Shown: positions 1 to 15,146 of the stretch, piece after piece | How the letters are laid out: the number at the start of each line of letters is the position of its first letter | Position numbering within the stretch: position 1 is the stretch's first letter | From: Flaccisagitta enflata | Lineage: Eukaryota | Direction: 5' to 3' | NCBI GenBank assembly: GCA_965153355.1 | Contig: OZ231126.1 | Span: 25,668,001-25,732,000 of the forward strand | DNA: 64,000 bases | Program-made: the position numbers and the translations under genes | Notes under the pieces: model-generated | What the model saw: only the letters and a program-made list of their open reading frames with translations | Databases searched by the model: none | What the model was told of the DNA's origin: nothing

Positions 1-145
1 TTTACCCCGTTCGCAGAAATGTTTAGCAACTCAGCATTCAATGCTGCTGCTTCCTCGGGACTTATGGATTCCTCTTGAGGGGGAACTAGTCTGCTGCTAG
101 GACTTAGGAGGGAGTTAGCCTGCTTTTAGAAGAGGTGGGGGTGTA

Positions 146-253
146 CTGTTAGGGGATAAGGTAGTCGGCTGTTAGGGGATAAGGTAGTCGGCTGTTAGGG
201 GATAAGGTAGTCGGCTGTTAGGGGATAAGGTAGTCGGCTGTTAGGGGATAAGG
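146..253. repeat. 23-bp minisatellite (ctgttaggggataaggtagtcgg) x ~4.5
   Basis: Direct tandem copies are visible. Confidence 0.9.
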
Positions 254-1499
254 TGGCCTGCTGTTAGAGGATGAAGTAGCCTGCTTAAAGGAGAGACGTG
301 GTAGTTTACCACTTATCTCTACAATCCCAAATAGTCCATATGTCAGTCTGTAACACTTGCTTTTTTGTTTTTGTTTGTTTTTGTTTTGTTTTTGTTTTTT
401 TTTTGTTTGTTTTTGTTTTGTTTTGGTTTTTTTTTTGTGTTTTTTTTTGTGTTTTGTTTTTTTTTGTTTTTTTTTGTTTTTGTTATTTTTTTTTTTTTTT
501 TTTGGTTTTGGTTTTGGTTTTGGTTTTGGTTTTTTTCTTTTTCATTTTCTTTTCGCGTTCACAGGCAGTATTGTATTGGTGCCTCTATTCACATACATGA
601 TTGGCTTATCATATCACTGCACCTACTACTATTCAGACAAAATGAGTATCCGGCCTTGTTTTTCCCCTTCGCGCGGTATCTTCACAGCAGCAGTCCGCGT
701 ATTATCATAGCGCGTCATAGGATGAATACAGATTACGGAATATCTTACTAATTGCTTCGCATGCGGCTCGAGCATGGCTCAAAGCGGGGAGTCTCTGAGC
801 TGCGCTGTGTGATAACTGATCAGGTCGCTGTGAGAGCATGAGAAAAACGTCAAATATGCAATGACAAACCGGGAAAAAAACTGTTGAACAGATGAGCAAA
901 CAGACGGACAGACAGAGAAACAGACAGACAGACAAACAGACAAACAGACTGACAGACAGACAGACAGTCAAAAAGACAAAAAGACAGACAATCAGACAGA
1001 CAGACAGACAGATATTTCATTCACCCAGCAAACGTGTCAAAGACAAAACCAAGTTTTTTGGTATATTTTCATAACACGCTTGGACTATGAAGTATGAACA
1101 CAATCAAATACATATAAGGGTCTTGCTTAAGGTTCTATCATTTGCTACACAAAATAGTGCACATGTCGATGTGACTTGTGTGTGGTTTACGATAAATGGT
1201 GACGTAATCTTGTGACGTGCATATGATACACGCCCGTCTCCTGTTACATTACAAGTAAACTTGTGACATGTATATGGTACACGCCTGTCTCCTGTTATGT
1301 TACAAGTATACTTGTGATGGTTATATGGGTACACGCCTGTTACATTACAAGTATACTTGTGACGTGTATATGGTATATGGTAAATAGTGACGCAAACTTG
1401 TGACGTGCATATGATACACGCCTGTCTTTTGTTATATTACAAGTTTACTTGTGACGTGTGTATGGTTTATGGTAACCGGTAAAGGGTACACGCTTTACT

Positions 1500-2700
1500 T
1501 CTTATGAAGTGTATATATGGTACCCACCCGTCTTCTCTTACAAGCACACTTGTGACATGTAACTGTACATGTACACGCTTGTCTTCCCTTACAAGCACAC
1601 TTGTGACATGCAACTGTACATGTACACGCGCATCTTCCCTTACAAGCACACTTGTGACATCCTACTGTACAGATACAAGCTCGTCTTCCCTTACAAGCAC
1701 ACTTGTGACATGCAGCTGTACAGATACAAGCTCGTCTTCCCTTACAAGCACACTTGTGACATGCAACTGTACATGTACACGCGCATCTTCCCTTACAAGC
1801 ACACTTGTGACATCCTACTGTACAGATACGAGCTCGTCTTCTCTTACAAGCACACTTGTGACATGTAACTGTACATGTACACGCTCGTCTTCCCTTACAA
1901 GCACACTTGTGACATGCAACTGTACATGTACACGCGCATCTTCCCTTACAAGCACACTTGTGACATCCTACTGTACAGATACGAGCTCGTCTTCCCTTAC
2001 AAGCACACTTGTGACATGCAGCTGTACAGATACAAGCTCGTCTTCCCTTACAAGCACACTTGTGACATGCAACTGTACATGTACACGCGCATCTTCCCTT
2101 ACAAGCACACTTGTGACATCCTACTGTACAGATACGAGCTTGTCTTCCCTTACAAGCACACTTGTGACATGCAGCTGTACAGATACAAGCTCGTCTTCCC
2201 TTACAAGCACACTTGTGACATGCAACTGTACATGTACACGCGCATCTTCCCTTACAAGCACACTTGTGACATCCTACTGTACAGATACGAGCTCGTCTTC
2301 CCTTACAAGCACACTTGTGACATGCAGCTGTACAGATACAAGCTCGTCTTCCCTTACAAGCACACTTGTGACATGCAACTGTACATGTACACGCGCATCT
2401 TCCCTTACAAGCACACTTGTGACATCCTACTGTACAGATACGAGCTCGTCTTCCCTTACAAGCACACTTGTCACATGCAGCTGAACATGTACATGCTCGT
2501 CTTCCCATACAAGCACACTTGTGACGTGTAACTGTACCTACATGCAACTGTACATGTACACACCTGTCTTCCCTTACAAGTCACAAGCATACGTGTGACA
2601 TGCAACTGTATATGAACACACCCGTCTTCCCTTACAAGCACACGTGTGACATGCAACTGTACCTACATCCTACTGTACATGTACACACCCGTCTTCCCTT
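1500..2700. repeat. 51-bp minisatellite with a 153-bp (3-variant) higher-order period
   Basis: acaagcacacttgtgacat recurs at 1591, 1642, 1693 and onward. Three unit variants cycle. Degenerate copies extend back to ~1200. Confidence 0.9.
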
Positions 2701-3421
2701 ACACGCGCGCGTGCAACTAAGAAATGATCTTCCAGAGGCTCTTCAAAAACGGGGCGTGACAAAATGCAAAAGATGAAAAAGTGAGACGCTTACGCGCGCG
2801 TGTGCGTGTGCGAGTGCGTGTCTAAGAACGCGTGCATGTAAAACTTGTGCACGTACGATGGCCTGTAGGATGTGGGATGGTTATGGGGAATTGTCCCAAT
2901 TGATGGCACTACTACCAGTAGTAGAATATCGGAGTTGCCAGACAGACAGATCAACTGACAATCTAACCAAAATATAGACAAAAGGAAAGACAAATCGACA
3001 AATTTTGAGACAAACATGCAGAACGACAAACTTACAGGCAGACGAACAGACAGACAGATGAACAGAAAGACAGACAGAGAGAAATCCAAAAACAGGCAAA
3101 CAAAGAAGCCAGAGAGCATGACAAATCATGCAGACACTCAATGTAGACATGTAGACTGTGAGAAAGGCAGGCTACCATTTATTGACATTTGACAGGCAGG
3201 AAAACAAGGTTGAAGAAACACGGTCTTACGGATGGGCGAACAGATGAACAGGCATCCACGGCAACGGGGAATGGCGCCGCTGACTTATGGAATAAGCCTT
3301 ACAGGTATTTAGTTTCCCTTTGTATTTCTTGCACATGCGCGCAGATGCGGTCTGAGCAATGACAGACCCAGCTCCATGTGGGGGAAATACTTGCACAGAG
3401 GGCCAGACTAAGCCAGTGGGC

Positions 3422-3744
<323 letters not shown>

Positions 3745-4237
3745 CGTGTTGAACTGTTCATGCGTTCATGTCTTGTAGCCTTGAGACGTAGAAAAGTGGA
3801 GGAGGAATGGAAGCAGGAAGAACAAACGAAAGAGTGTATAACTAACACAGTAAGAAAGTGAGAAAGAGACAAAGTAAGGCAAATAAAGAGGAAAGAAAGT
3901 AAGACTAAAAAAATAAGGGAGAGGCAAAGAGACAATGTAACTCAGAGAGGCTTCATCAAGAGCCTGGGGGAGCGTAAATCGGGGAAACAGGGATATAGCA
4001 AGACAGAGAGACAGAGAGACAGAGAGACAAATCGCCCTTTGCGGTATCATAGGTTATTTGCCTCTCCGGGGCCGCTGCCCAAAACAATAAGAGAGAATTA
4101 GAGAGGCAAACAAAGAAGGTAAAAGAGAATAAGCGAGAGTGAGGGGAAAGTGACCTGAAAGAGAATGCCTTGGAGTGAGTGTGGGCTGAGGAGGTACAAA
4201 TCCTTTTCTGGAGAATCGTTTCTTTGTTTAATTGCCG

Positions 4238-6197
4238 TTGCCATTGCCAATACCATTGCCAATGCCATTTCCATTGCCATTGCCATTGCCATTGCCATTG
4301 CCTTGGCCATTGCCATTGCCATTGCCATTGCCATTGCCATTGCCATTGCCTTGGCCATTGCCATTGCCATTGCCATTGCCATTGCCATTGCCATTGCCAT
4401 TGCCATTGCCATTGCCAATGCCATTGCCATTGCCATTGCCATTGCCATTGCCATTGCCATTGCAATTGCCATTTCCATTGCTATTGCCATTGCCATTGCC
4501 ATTGCCTTGGCCATTGCCATTGCCATTGCCATTGCCATTGCCATTGCCATTGCCATTGCCTTCGCCATTGCCATTGCCATTGCCATTGCCATTGCCATTG
4601 CCATTGCCATTGCCATTGCCATTGCCATTGCCATTGCCATTGCCATTGCCATTGCCATTGCCATTGCCATTGCCATTGCCATTGCCATTGCCATTTCCAT
4701 TGCCATTGCCATTGCCTTCGCCATTGTCATTGCCATTGCCATTGCCATTGCCTTAGACATTGTCATTGCCATTGCCATTGCCATTGCCTTAGCCATTGCC
4801 ATTGCCATTGCCATTGCCATTGCCATTGCCATTGCCATTGCCATTGCCATTGCCATTGCCATTGCCATTGCCATTGCCATTGCCATTGCCATTGCCATTG
4901 CCATTGCCATTGCCATTGCCATTGCCTTGGCCATTGCCATTGCCATTGCCATTGCCATTGCCATTGCCATTGCCTTGGCCATTGCCATTGCCATTGCCAT
5001 TGCCATTGCCATTGCCATCGCCATTGCCATTGCCATTGCCAATGCCAATGCCATTGCCATTGCCATTGCCATTGCCATTGCAATTGCCATTTCCATTGCT
5101 ATTGCCATTGCCATTGCCATTGCCTTGGCCATTGCCATTGCCATTGCCATTGCCATTGCCATTGCCATTGCCATTGCCATTGCCTTCGCCATTGTCATTG
5201 CCATTGCCATTGCCATTGCCTTAGACATTGCCATTACATTACATTACCATTGCCATTGCCATTGCCGCTATTGCCATTGCTATTGCTCGTCATTGCCATT
5301 GCCATTGCCATTGCCATTTCCATTGCCATTGCCATTGCCTTCATTGCCATTGCCATTGCCATTGCCATTGCCATTGCCTTTGCCATTGCCATTGCCATTG
5401 CCATTGCCATTGCATTGCCATTGACATGGCTATTGCCATTACCATTGCCATTGATTGCTATTGCCATTGCTATTGCCACGCCATTGCCATTGCCACGCCA
5501 TTGCCATTGCCATTTCATTGCCATTGCCATTTTTTGCCATTGCCTTGCCATTGCCATTGCCATTGCCATTGCCATTGCTCGTGCCTTCGCCATTGCCATT
5601 GCCATTGCCATTGCCATTGCCATTGCCATTGCCATTGCCATTGCCATTGCCATTGCTCTTGCCTTCGCCATTGCCATTGCCATTGCCATTGCCATTAATA
5701 CACATTGCATTGCCATTGCTATTGCCTTCGCCATTGCCATTGCATTGCCATTGCCATTGCCATTACCATTGCCATTGCCTTCATTGCCATTGCCATTGTT
5801 ATTGCCTTCGCCATTGCCTTAGCCATTGCCATTATTGCCACGTTATTGCCATTGCCGGCCATTGTTACCATTCGCCACTGCCATTGCCATTGCTACTTGC
5901 CTTGGCCATTGCCATTTGCCATTGCCATTGCCATTGCTATTGCCTTGCCATTGCCATTGCCATTGCCATTGCCATTGCCATTGCCATTGCCATTACCATT
6001 GCCATTGCCATTGCCATTGCCATTGCCATTGCCATTGCCATTGCCATTGCCATTGCCATTGCTATTGCCATTGCTATTGCCTTCGCCATTGCCATTGCCA
6101 TTGCCATTGCCATTGCCATTACCATTGCCATTGCCTTAGCCATTGCCTTAGCCATTGCCATTGCTATTGCCTTAGCCAATGCCTTAGCCAATGCCAG
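4238..6197. repeat. ~2-kb (GCCATT)n hexanucleotide array
   Basis: Visible directly. It accounts for all the MA/IA/HC/LP-repeat ORFs here. Confidence 0.95.
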
Positions 6198-7254
6198 TGC
6201 AACGCGGATGGACTGTTTCTTCACTACAGGTACACTGTTTTTGCTGAATCAGGGCTGGATTTCCGTTGTACTTCTGTTTTAAGTTTAATGTCGTTTAGCT
6301 GCTGTCATCCTGCTAAATCGTGGTACATAACTCGGCTATTTGCACGCGAATCGCGACTGGTATATTGCCCCTGTTTCAAAAATATCCCTAACATAAAAGA
6401 ATGATCTAAATTTGTTCGCTGAAATTTCGCAAATTTGTTCAATTCAAATTTACGACCAATTACGAGTTTCAATCAACTAAGTAATGAGCAGAGAAAGCAT
6501 AAATTCATTAAATGTCGCGTGTTGTTCCAACGGCAAAACAAATCTCAATATCTCAAAATTACAGCGGAACACAAACAAACACAATTGCGCAAAAGAAAAA
6601 ACACATTCGAAAAAAAGACGACTTCAAAAAAAGGCGAGAATTTCTGCGTATTAATATAGCCAGTAAGTTATCACCACCTTTCTAAATCCTAAATCATCAT
6701 TTATCAAGCGCCATCAGTGATGGTCCATCACCTTTTGGGCCTTGAGACTGGAATTTGGGCCTTCAGACTGGGATTTGAGGGGGTAAGGAAAAAGAAGGAG
6801 AGGGAGGAGAAGGAGGAGAAGGAGGCGGAGGAGAAAATTCCCCATATGTGTGAAAGCAAAGGTCATCGACTGCTTCGGGGCCGCTGCCCTGCTTCCCCTT
6901 CAACTTCAAGCACATCCTACTTAGGCAGGGCACGGGTTCCGCTGACCATCTGACGCTTTTACGATTATTTATATTACATCCACCTATGAAAACAATCCCA
7001 ATATCCCAATGTGCTTAAATCAGGAACCTGTAAGGATCCTCTACCCAACTCTTTCCACCCATAACCACCACTTTCCACCATCTCATTGTCCTTATATCAC
7101 CACCTATGAACTTCCTATATTTTACTCAACTCTATCCACCTATAACCACCACTTTCTATCATCAAACTTCCCTTAAATCACCATGTCAACTACATCTCTC
7201 AACTCTATTACCTACCACCTACCACGTTCCAGCCGCCAAAGTACCACGTACCAC

Positions 7255-7635
7255 CTTCCACCTACTACCTACCACTTACAACCATCCACCATAAATCATC
7301 CACCATCCACCTACCACCTACCACCTAGGCACCTACCTCCATCCACCATCCACCATCTACCTTCTATCATCCAACATCCACCTACTACCTTCCACCATCC
7401 ACCATCCACCATTACTTACCACCATCCACCATCCACCATCCACCTACCACCTACCACCTACCACCATCCAACATCCACCATCCACCTACCACCTACCACC
7501 TACCAACTACCAACTACCTCCTACCACCATCCACCATCCATCATCCACCATCCACCATTCTCCATCCACCATCCACCATCCACCATCCACCATCCACCAT
7601 CCACCATCCACCATCCACCTACCACCTTCCACCTA
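7255..7635. repeat. (CCACCAT/CCTACCA)n heptanucleotide array
   Basis: Visible directly in the sequence. Confidence 0.85.
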
Positions 7636-8184
7636 CATCCTTGCACGTTCCGCCTTTGCGCTTGCAATGAATAGAGAAAGAGAATTGTGCTCTAAGCATA
7701 AAAAACAAAACAACAAACACAAACTTAGAGCCAAACGATTGGACGGAATAACTGAACAACAACACAGGGCCCATTTAAGTCATAATGTTTTTACAAAAAA
7801 AAAAAGTAATTACTTTTGCCCAGGGGCGAAGAAGACCATCACGAATAGCCACGCCAATCTCTCTTTATTGGTCATGTGCACTCTATACCTCCCTTTGTCA
7901 GTTGTTCAGTTGTTCAGTTGGTTCGTCAGTCCAGTCATCATGCCGTCAGTCGGGTTTTTTTTACACTCATTTTTTCGCAATACTGCCCCTGCCCATCCAT
8001 CCGCGACTGGGGGTCTGTGGTTCTGGCCTTATTTGAAGCCCAAGTGGAATCTTAAATGAACCAGTGGCTGTCGCCAAACATGTGAATTGCAGGTGCAATT
8101 GACAACATGTTTAGTGGAAATACTTAAATTTTATTTTGTAATACTAAAACAAGAAGTGAGAACATAAGATTAGGAAATAATAGA

Positions 8185-9990
8185 GAAATAAAAGCCATAT
8201 TCATGTTGAGAAAGACAAGGGAAGAACTGAAGAACATTACCCATATTCATTAAGGGAGAGAGAAGGGAAAAACAGAGAAACAAAAGCCATACTCATAAAG
8301 TGAAAAACAAGGAAAAACTGAAAAACATTACCCATATTTATATAGGGAGAGACAAGGGAAGGACAGAGAAACAAAAGCCATATTGATATAGGGAAAGACA
8401 AAGAGGAGCTGAAAAATACACACATATTCATATAAGGGAAAACAATGGATAAACAGAGAAACAAAAGCCATACTGAAACAGGAAAGACAAGCGAAGAGTT
8501 GAAAAACATTACTCATATTCACATAGGGAGAGACAAGGGAAGGACAAAGAAACAAAAGCCATATTGATGTAGGAGAAGACAACGGAAGAACTGAAAAACA
8601 TTACCCATATTCATACAGGGAAAGACAAGGGAAGGACAAAGAAACAAAAACCATATTGATGTAGGGGAAGACAAGGGAAGAACTGAAAAACATTACCCAT
8701 ATTCATATAGGGAAAGACAAGGGAAGAACAGAGAAACAAAAGCCATATTGATGTAGGGGAAGACAAGGGAAGAACTGAAAAACATTACCCATATTCATAC
8801 AGGGAAAAACAAGGGAAGATCAGAGAAACAAAAGCTATATTGATATAGGGGAAGACAAGGGAAGAACTGAAAAACATTACCCATATTCATATAGGGAAAG
8901 ACAAGGGAAGAACAGAGAAACAAAAACCATATTGATGTAGGGGAAGACAAGGGAAGGACTGAAAAACATTACCCATATTCATACAGGGAAAGACAAGGGA
9001 AGGACAAAGAAACAAAAGCCATATTGATGTAGGGGAAGACAAGGGAAGAACTGAAAAACATTACCCATATTCATATAGGGAAAGACAAGGGAAGAACAGA
9101 GAAACAAAAGCCATATTGATGTAGGGGAAGACAAGGGAAGAACTGAAAAACATTACCCATATTCATACAGGGAAAGACAAGGGAAAATCAGAGAAGAAAA
9201 GCTATATTGATATAGGGAAAGATAAGGGGAAAATTGAAAAACAATACCCATATTCATATAGGGAAAGACAAGGGAAGGACAAAGAAACAAAAGCCATATT
9301 GATGTAGGGGAAGACAAGGGAAGAACTGAAAACATTACCCATATTCATATAGGGAAAGACAAGGGTAGAACAGAGAAACAAAAACCATATTGATGTAGGG
9401 GAAGACAAGGGAAGAACTGAAAAACATTACCCATATTCATACAGGGAAAGACAAGGGAAGGACAAAGAAACAAAAGCCATATTGATGTAGGGGAAGACAA
9501 GGGAAGAACTGAAAAACATTACCCATATTCATATAGGGAAAGACAAGGGAAGAACAGAGAAACAAAAGCCATATTGATATAAGGGAAAACAAGGGAAGAA
9601 CTGAAAAACATTACCCATATTCATACAGGGAAAGACAAGGGAAGATCAGAGAAACAAAAGCCATGTTGATATAGGGAAAGACAAGGGGAGAACTGAAAAA
9701 CAATACCCATATTCATATAGGGAGAGACAAGGGAGGAACTGAAAAACATTACCCATATTCATACAGGGAAAGACAAGGGAAGGATAGAGAAACAAAAGCC
9801 ATATTGATAAAGGGGAAGATAAGGGAAGATTTGAAAAACATTACCCATAATCATATAGGGAAAGACAAAGGATGAACTGAAAAACATTTCCCATATTCTC
9901 ATAGGGAAAGACAAGGGAAGGACAGAGAAACAAAAGCCATGTTCTTATAGGAATAGACAAGGGAAGGACAAGGGAAGGACAAGGGAAAGA
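8185..9990. repeat. 92-bp satellite made of two related ~46-bp sub-units
   Basis: ttacccatattcata recurs at 8601, 8693, 8785 and onward. Each unit has two ccatatt...agacaagggaag halves. Confidence 0.9.
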
Positions 9991-10479
9991 CAGCGAAAAA
10001 CAAAACCCTACTTTCAAAGAGAGTGGAGAGTGGAAGGAAAAAAAAGGAAAAAAAAAAAGAAAAACAGAAAAACATTTTGTGGAGTTATAGTGAATTGCTT
10101 AACGCAATTCACAACCAATACCTCAGTCTCATTCTTCATTTAGACCTCTATTGTTACTAAGAAGAAGAAGATTTTCTGTATTGCTTCACCCCATATTTTC
10201 CAATTTCTTCAGCTTTCTCTTTTTTTACAAATGTGAAACAATAAAGGGCTTTTCTCCACAATTTGAGCCTGAGTGAAGTTTGAGGCATCCAAGCTCAACA
10301 TCTGCAAGTCACGAGACGTGCATAACGTGGCTTTCCCTACACCAATGCTATTCCCTGCTATATTGTCAGTCGAATATTTTATGAGAATGTTCCCCTACAC
10401 CCATGCTATGACATACTAGATTGTCAGTAAAATATGTTGTGTGAGTGTTATGTGAGATCTGAGTTGTTAGTCGGGCAAT

Positions 10480-11420
10480 TAGTATGGATGTCAGATGACT
10501 TTTCCTTGCCACATGCAGTGGCTGACATGGCTTCCACTACACCGATGCTATGCCATGCTAGATCATCAGTCGCTTATGTTACGTGAGTGTTATGTGAGTT
10601 GTTATTTGGGCATTGCCGCATCAGTATGAATGTCATAAGACTTTTCCTTGTCACATGACGTGGCTGACGTGGCCTCCTCTACACCGCCATGCTATGCCAT
10701 GCTAGATCGTCATGTCACTGGGATGTGTAACATGAGTGTTTTGTGAGTTGTCAGTTGGGCATTGCCGCATTATTGTGAATGTCAGATGACTTTTTCTTGT
10801 CATCTGACGCGGCTGACATGGCTTCCACTACGCCCATGCTATGCCATGCTAGATCGTAACTGGGATGTGTAACATGAGTGTTTTGTGAGTTGTCAGTTGG
10901 GCATTGCCGCATTATTGTGAATGTCAGATGACTTTTTCTTGTCATATGATGTGGCTGACATGGCTTCCACTACACCCATGCTATGCAATGCTAGATTGTC
11001 ACTGGGATGTGTAACATGAGTGTTTTGTGAGTTGTCAGTTGGGCATTGCCGCATTATTGTGAATGTCAGATGACTTTTTCTTGTCATATGATGTGGCTGA
11101 CATGGCTTCCACTACACCCATGCTATGCCATGCTAGATTGTCACTGGGATGTGTTACATGAGTGTTTTGTGAGTTGTCAGTTGGGCATTGCCGCATTAGT
11201 ATGAATGTCAGATGACTTTTTCTTGTCACATGACGTGGCTGACGTGGCCTATTCTACACCTCTATGCTATGCCATGCTAGATCGTCACTGGGATGTGTTA
11301 CATGAGTGTTTTGTGAGTTGTCAGTTGGGCATTGCCGCATTAGTATGAATGTCAGATGACTTTTCCTTTTTATATGACGTGTCTTCCCCTACACCCATGC
11401 TATGCCATGCTATATCGTCA
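10480..11420. repeat. 142-bp tandem repeat
   Basis: Near-identical ORFs start 142 bp apart (10751, 10893, 11035). Confidence 0.9.
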
Positions 11421-11819
11421 TTCGAATATGTTAAGTCTGTAGTTGAACATTTGTTTGTACTTTAGATGTCGTTTCGGCTGTCATATGAAATGGAATGACA
11501 GAATGGTGCAACTCGTAATTCCGCTTGAGTAAGGCCAAAGGAGTGTTTCCACTAATGTTACACTTTTGTTCTGCTATCGTTCCACTAATGTTTTACTAAT
11601 GTTCCACTAATGTTTTACTACTGTTCCACTAATTCTACCAATAAAGGCGGCTTTCGCCGGCTGGAAAAAAGTCGTAAATGGGGGTCTTTTTTTCATTGCA
11701 TGTTCTTCTGTGTGCATCTCATGATGTCTGGTTGACTGCCTGCCTGTTTTTGTCATTCAATCTGTCTCTCTGCGTATCTTTTTTGGTCCTCCTTTGTCTT
11801 TGAGTGTGTGCGTGTGTGC

Positions 11820-11919
<100 letters not shown>

Positions 11920-12893
11920 CTCTCTCTCAAGCATAGTAAAATGCAAAAGCTAGCGTTATAGAACCTACGGTCAATTTGTGTAACATCCTGATTTTTCTGT
12001 TTCGTTACATAGGGCCAAAAAATAGGATCACTGAAAAATCTCGATTTTCGCAAAAATGCGAAGAAATAATAAAATATTAAAAAATTCATAGCGCCAAAAC
12101 TAATGATCATAGAGACTTCTGGTTAGCGCCATTTGAAAGAGAAAAATAAGCTTTTTCTTAGCTGTGAATATCAAAAAATGTATACTCCCAGCCCAAAAAA
12201 TACCCAACTTTCGAAAATTGCCTCAAACCAAAAATGGAAAACTTTATTTCTCCCCTACGTTTCAAAAAGTCGAATTACGTAATTCGACTTTTTTCCAACT
12301 AATGTTACACTAATGTTCCACTAATGTTACATTCTCTAAGTATCTCTTTTCTATCTTTATTTTTCATGTCTGTATCTTTGGGGACGTGTTTCTGTTTGTT
12401 CACTCGCTCTGCAGCGCTAAGCTTGCTTCACTTGCTGATTCCATTGATAGGCTCACTCAATCATTTTGCCCACTCCCTCATAGGACAGTTGAAACTCATG
12501 AATATGTGTTCACACTGAAAACGTGTTTAACGGGTCAACCGTTTTTTCACTAGAAACACACTATGACTCTTTCACCTCTTTTTTTCTGCATCTTTTCCTA
12601 TTTTCAGTTGTCACAGAAGAGAGTGAGCAGAGTGAGCAGAGTGAGTGCGTGGATGAAGCAAGCTAGCAGAGTGCTGTGATACCATAGAGCCAAGTGAGTG
12701 GTGTGAGCGAACAAAAACAAAGAGGTAACGAGCCACAGCGTGAACCAACGCAGTTATCCCAAAGAGATATACAGCCTTTCTTCTCCTGGCACTACAGAAA
12801 GGAATTCTTTTGAGATTAGATTTAGATGCAGCTTTTGATACTGTGAAGTTGGTTTACAAGCGGAGAGGAGCAGAGAGGATTTTTTTGGCTTTT

Positions 12894-13025
12894 GTTAGTC
12901 GCGGAAACGCGACTCCACACGTTGCCGAGTCGGTCGGTAGGTAACATTTTTGAACTCCGAGCAGTTTTGGCATTACTACTCCTGCCCAACCATCTGCGAC
13001 TGGATTGCCGTGTATCCGGCCTTGT
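12894..13025 (-). mobile_element. Short interspersed element family A (Helentron/DINE-1-like non-autonomous), partial copy
   Basis: Ends ttagtcgcg...gtgtatccggccttgtt, matching the copies at 17640 and 38297. Confidence 0.55.
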
Positions 13026-14607
13026 TGTTAAACGACAGCGCAATAACTTCTTACTAGAATATCAACAAGATTTTCTTTTCATGATGACATCGAAACATCC
13101 TCACTTGGATGGTTGGATTATAATTTACGGAACATGCAGAATGTTTGTATGATGTTTTAATAAAATACCATAAGAAAAGAAGGTCCTGATATCAAGAATG
13201 GAAGACATGTAGAAAAGAGATTAGGCCCAAATTCGGGTTGGAGTCGAGTACCCGGTGTGGCATAAGGGATCGTTTTGTCGAATGTGATCTGTTCATGATA
13301 GAAGGCCCCGTTCACATTTGAGGACCTGGCGCGGTGGCAAAAGGTGTTGTCAAATGTGAGTTTAGGTGCTGTTCACATAGAAGGACCTGATTTGGTCTGA
13401 TTTAGTCATGATAGAAGGTGCAGTTCAGATTTGAGGACCTTGTGGCATTAGGGATCATTTTGTCGCATGTGATCTGTTCATGGTAGAAGGTGCTGATTGC
13501 ATTTGAAGCCCTGGTGGTATAAGGGATTGTTTTGTCAAAGGTGATCAGTTCATGACGTTGATAGAAGGCGTTTTTCACATTTAAGGTACATTTTATAGAA
13601 AATGATCTGCTTATCATAGGTAACTCCATTCTCATCTAAGCTGAGGACTTTGTGGCTCAAGGGACTGTTTTGTTGAATGTGTTCATGATCGAAGGCGCTG
13701 TTAACATTTGAGAACTAGTTTAACAAATATGATTTGCTTATGATAGAAGAATATGTTATTGTCGTTTGAGTTTTTCTGCTTAAAGGATATCAACAGACCC
13801 TAAAAAATTTTAGCATTATTTCATATCATGCATGTGAGCAATATCATTGCATAATGTAAATGCATACTGGAAAAGGAATTATAACCGCAATTGTCTCTTG
13901 AACTTTTCTTTTTTGCACATATTAAGAATACTTTTGCACAACATAAACGTACCCTAAAAAGGGGAGTTTTGTAAGGAATTACGGCTGCAATTGTCTCTTG
14001 AATTTCCCCGCTTTGCGTATTTGTTTTTATGGTGGCTTTTATTGTCGTCTGCTTGTCTTGGAAACACAGAAAAGATGAAGACGAAAAAGAGGCAAACTTG
14101 AGGGGCAAGGAGGTGGATGAGGAGATGAGAGGAAGACTAGGGGAAGACAGACTGAAGGGGGAGAAGTTAACAAGGAGAAAGGGAAGGCAGACTCAAAGGG
14201 TAGAGGTGGAGGAGAAAAGACAAGCTCAAAAGGAGAAGGTAAAGGAAACAAGGCCTAGTAGGCCAATAAGGTGCGACGTATGGATCGTCAAACAAATGCG
14301 TTACCTGACCGACAGACCAACCAACCGACGGACACAGCCAGTTATAGAGGTACATTGTTGCACCTAAAAAGACAAAGACAAAGAGGAGGCAAACCTAGGG
14401 GGAGGAAAGCGGAGGGAGAAAAAAGGTAGACAAAGGGGAGGCAAGCTCAAGGGGCAAAAAAGGGGTGGGGAAGAGAAGAGAAAGACAAAAGGAAGGCAGC
14501 TTTAATGGGAGGGGTGGAGGAGGAAAGAGGAAGAGGAAGGGGAGGCAGACTCAAAGGGAAGAGGTAGAGGAGAAAAGACAAGCTCAAGAGGGGAGAGGCA
14601 AAGGAAA

Positions 14608-15146
14608 AACAGGTCGCCCAAGGGCAATATGTGGTCAGCGATACCCGCTGCCCTGCTTTGCATGATTGTGAATTGGAGTGAGAAGAAGCAGGGCAGCGGC
14701 CCCGAAGGATGCGAAGTCCTTCATCCATTCATCTGTCTGTCTGTCACCCCCAGGTCCTCTCAGGCCTAGAATCTCCCCTCTCAGGCCTGATATCTACCCT
14801 CTCAGACCCAAAATCTGCCCTCTCAGGTCTTGAATCTGAGAGGAAGGGATTTAGGTCCTGAGAGGTCAGATTTTAGGCTGGAGACGTCAGATTTCAGGCT
14901 GGAGCGGTCAGATTTCAGTCCTGAGAGGGCTGATTTCAGGCCCAAGAGGGCAGATTTCAGGCCTGAGAGGGCGGATTCAAGGTCTGAGAAGCCAGATTTC
15001 AGGCCTGAGAGGGTGAATTTCAGGCCTGAGAGGGCAAATTTTTGGCCTGAGAGGGCCTGGGGGGACGAACGTACGAACAAACAAACAAACAAACAAAAGT
15101 CCCCTGTGTTCTACAGGACATCGTCTCCTTCGGGGCCGCTGCCCAA
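14608..15146 (+). mobile_element. Short interspersed element family B with internal 21-bp CCTGAGAGG tandem repeat
   Basis: Starts aacaggtcgcccaagggcaatatgtggtcagcg. Sub-terminal inverted pair gggcagcggcccc/ggggccgctgccc. Near-identical ends at 25237-25780. Confidence 0.7.

Noticed and set aside
1495-2547. Cys-rich metallothionein/keratin-like ORFs
   Set aside because: They are translations of a 51-bp minisatellite, open in several frames on both strands.
4098-6404. Long ORFs of 378-547 aa
   Set aside because: Artefacts of the (GCCATT)n array.
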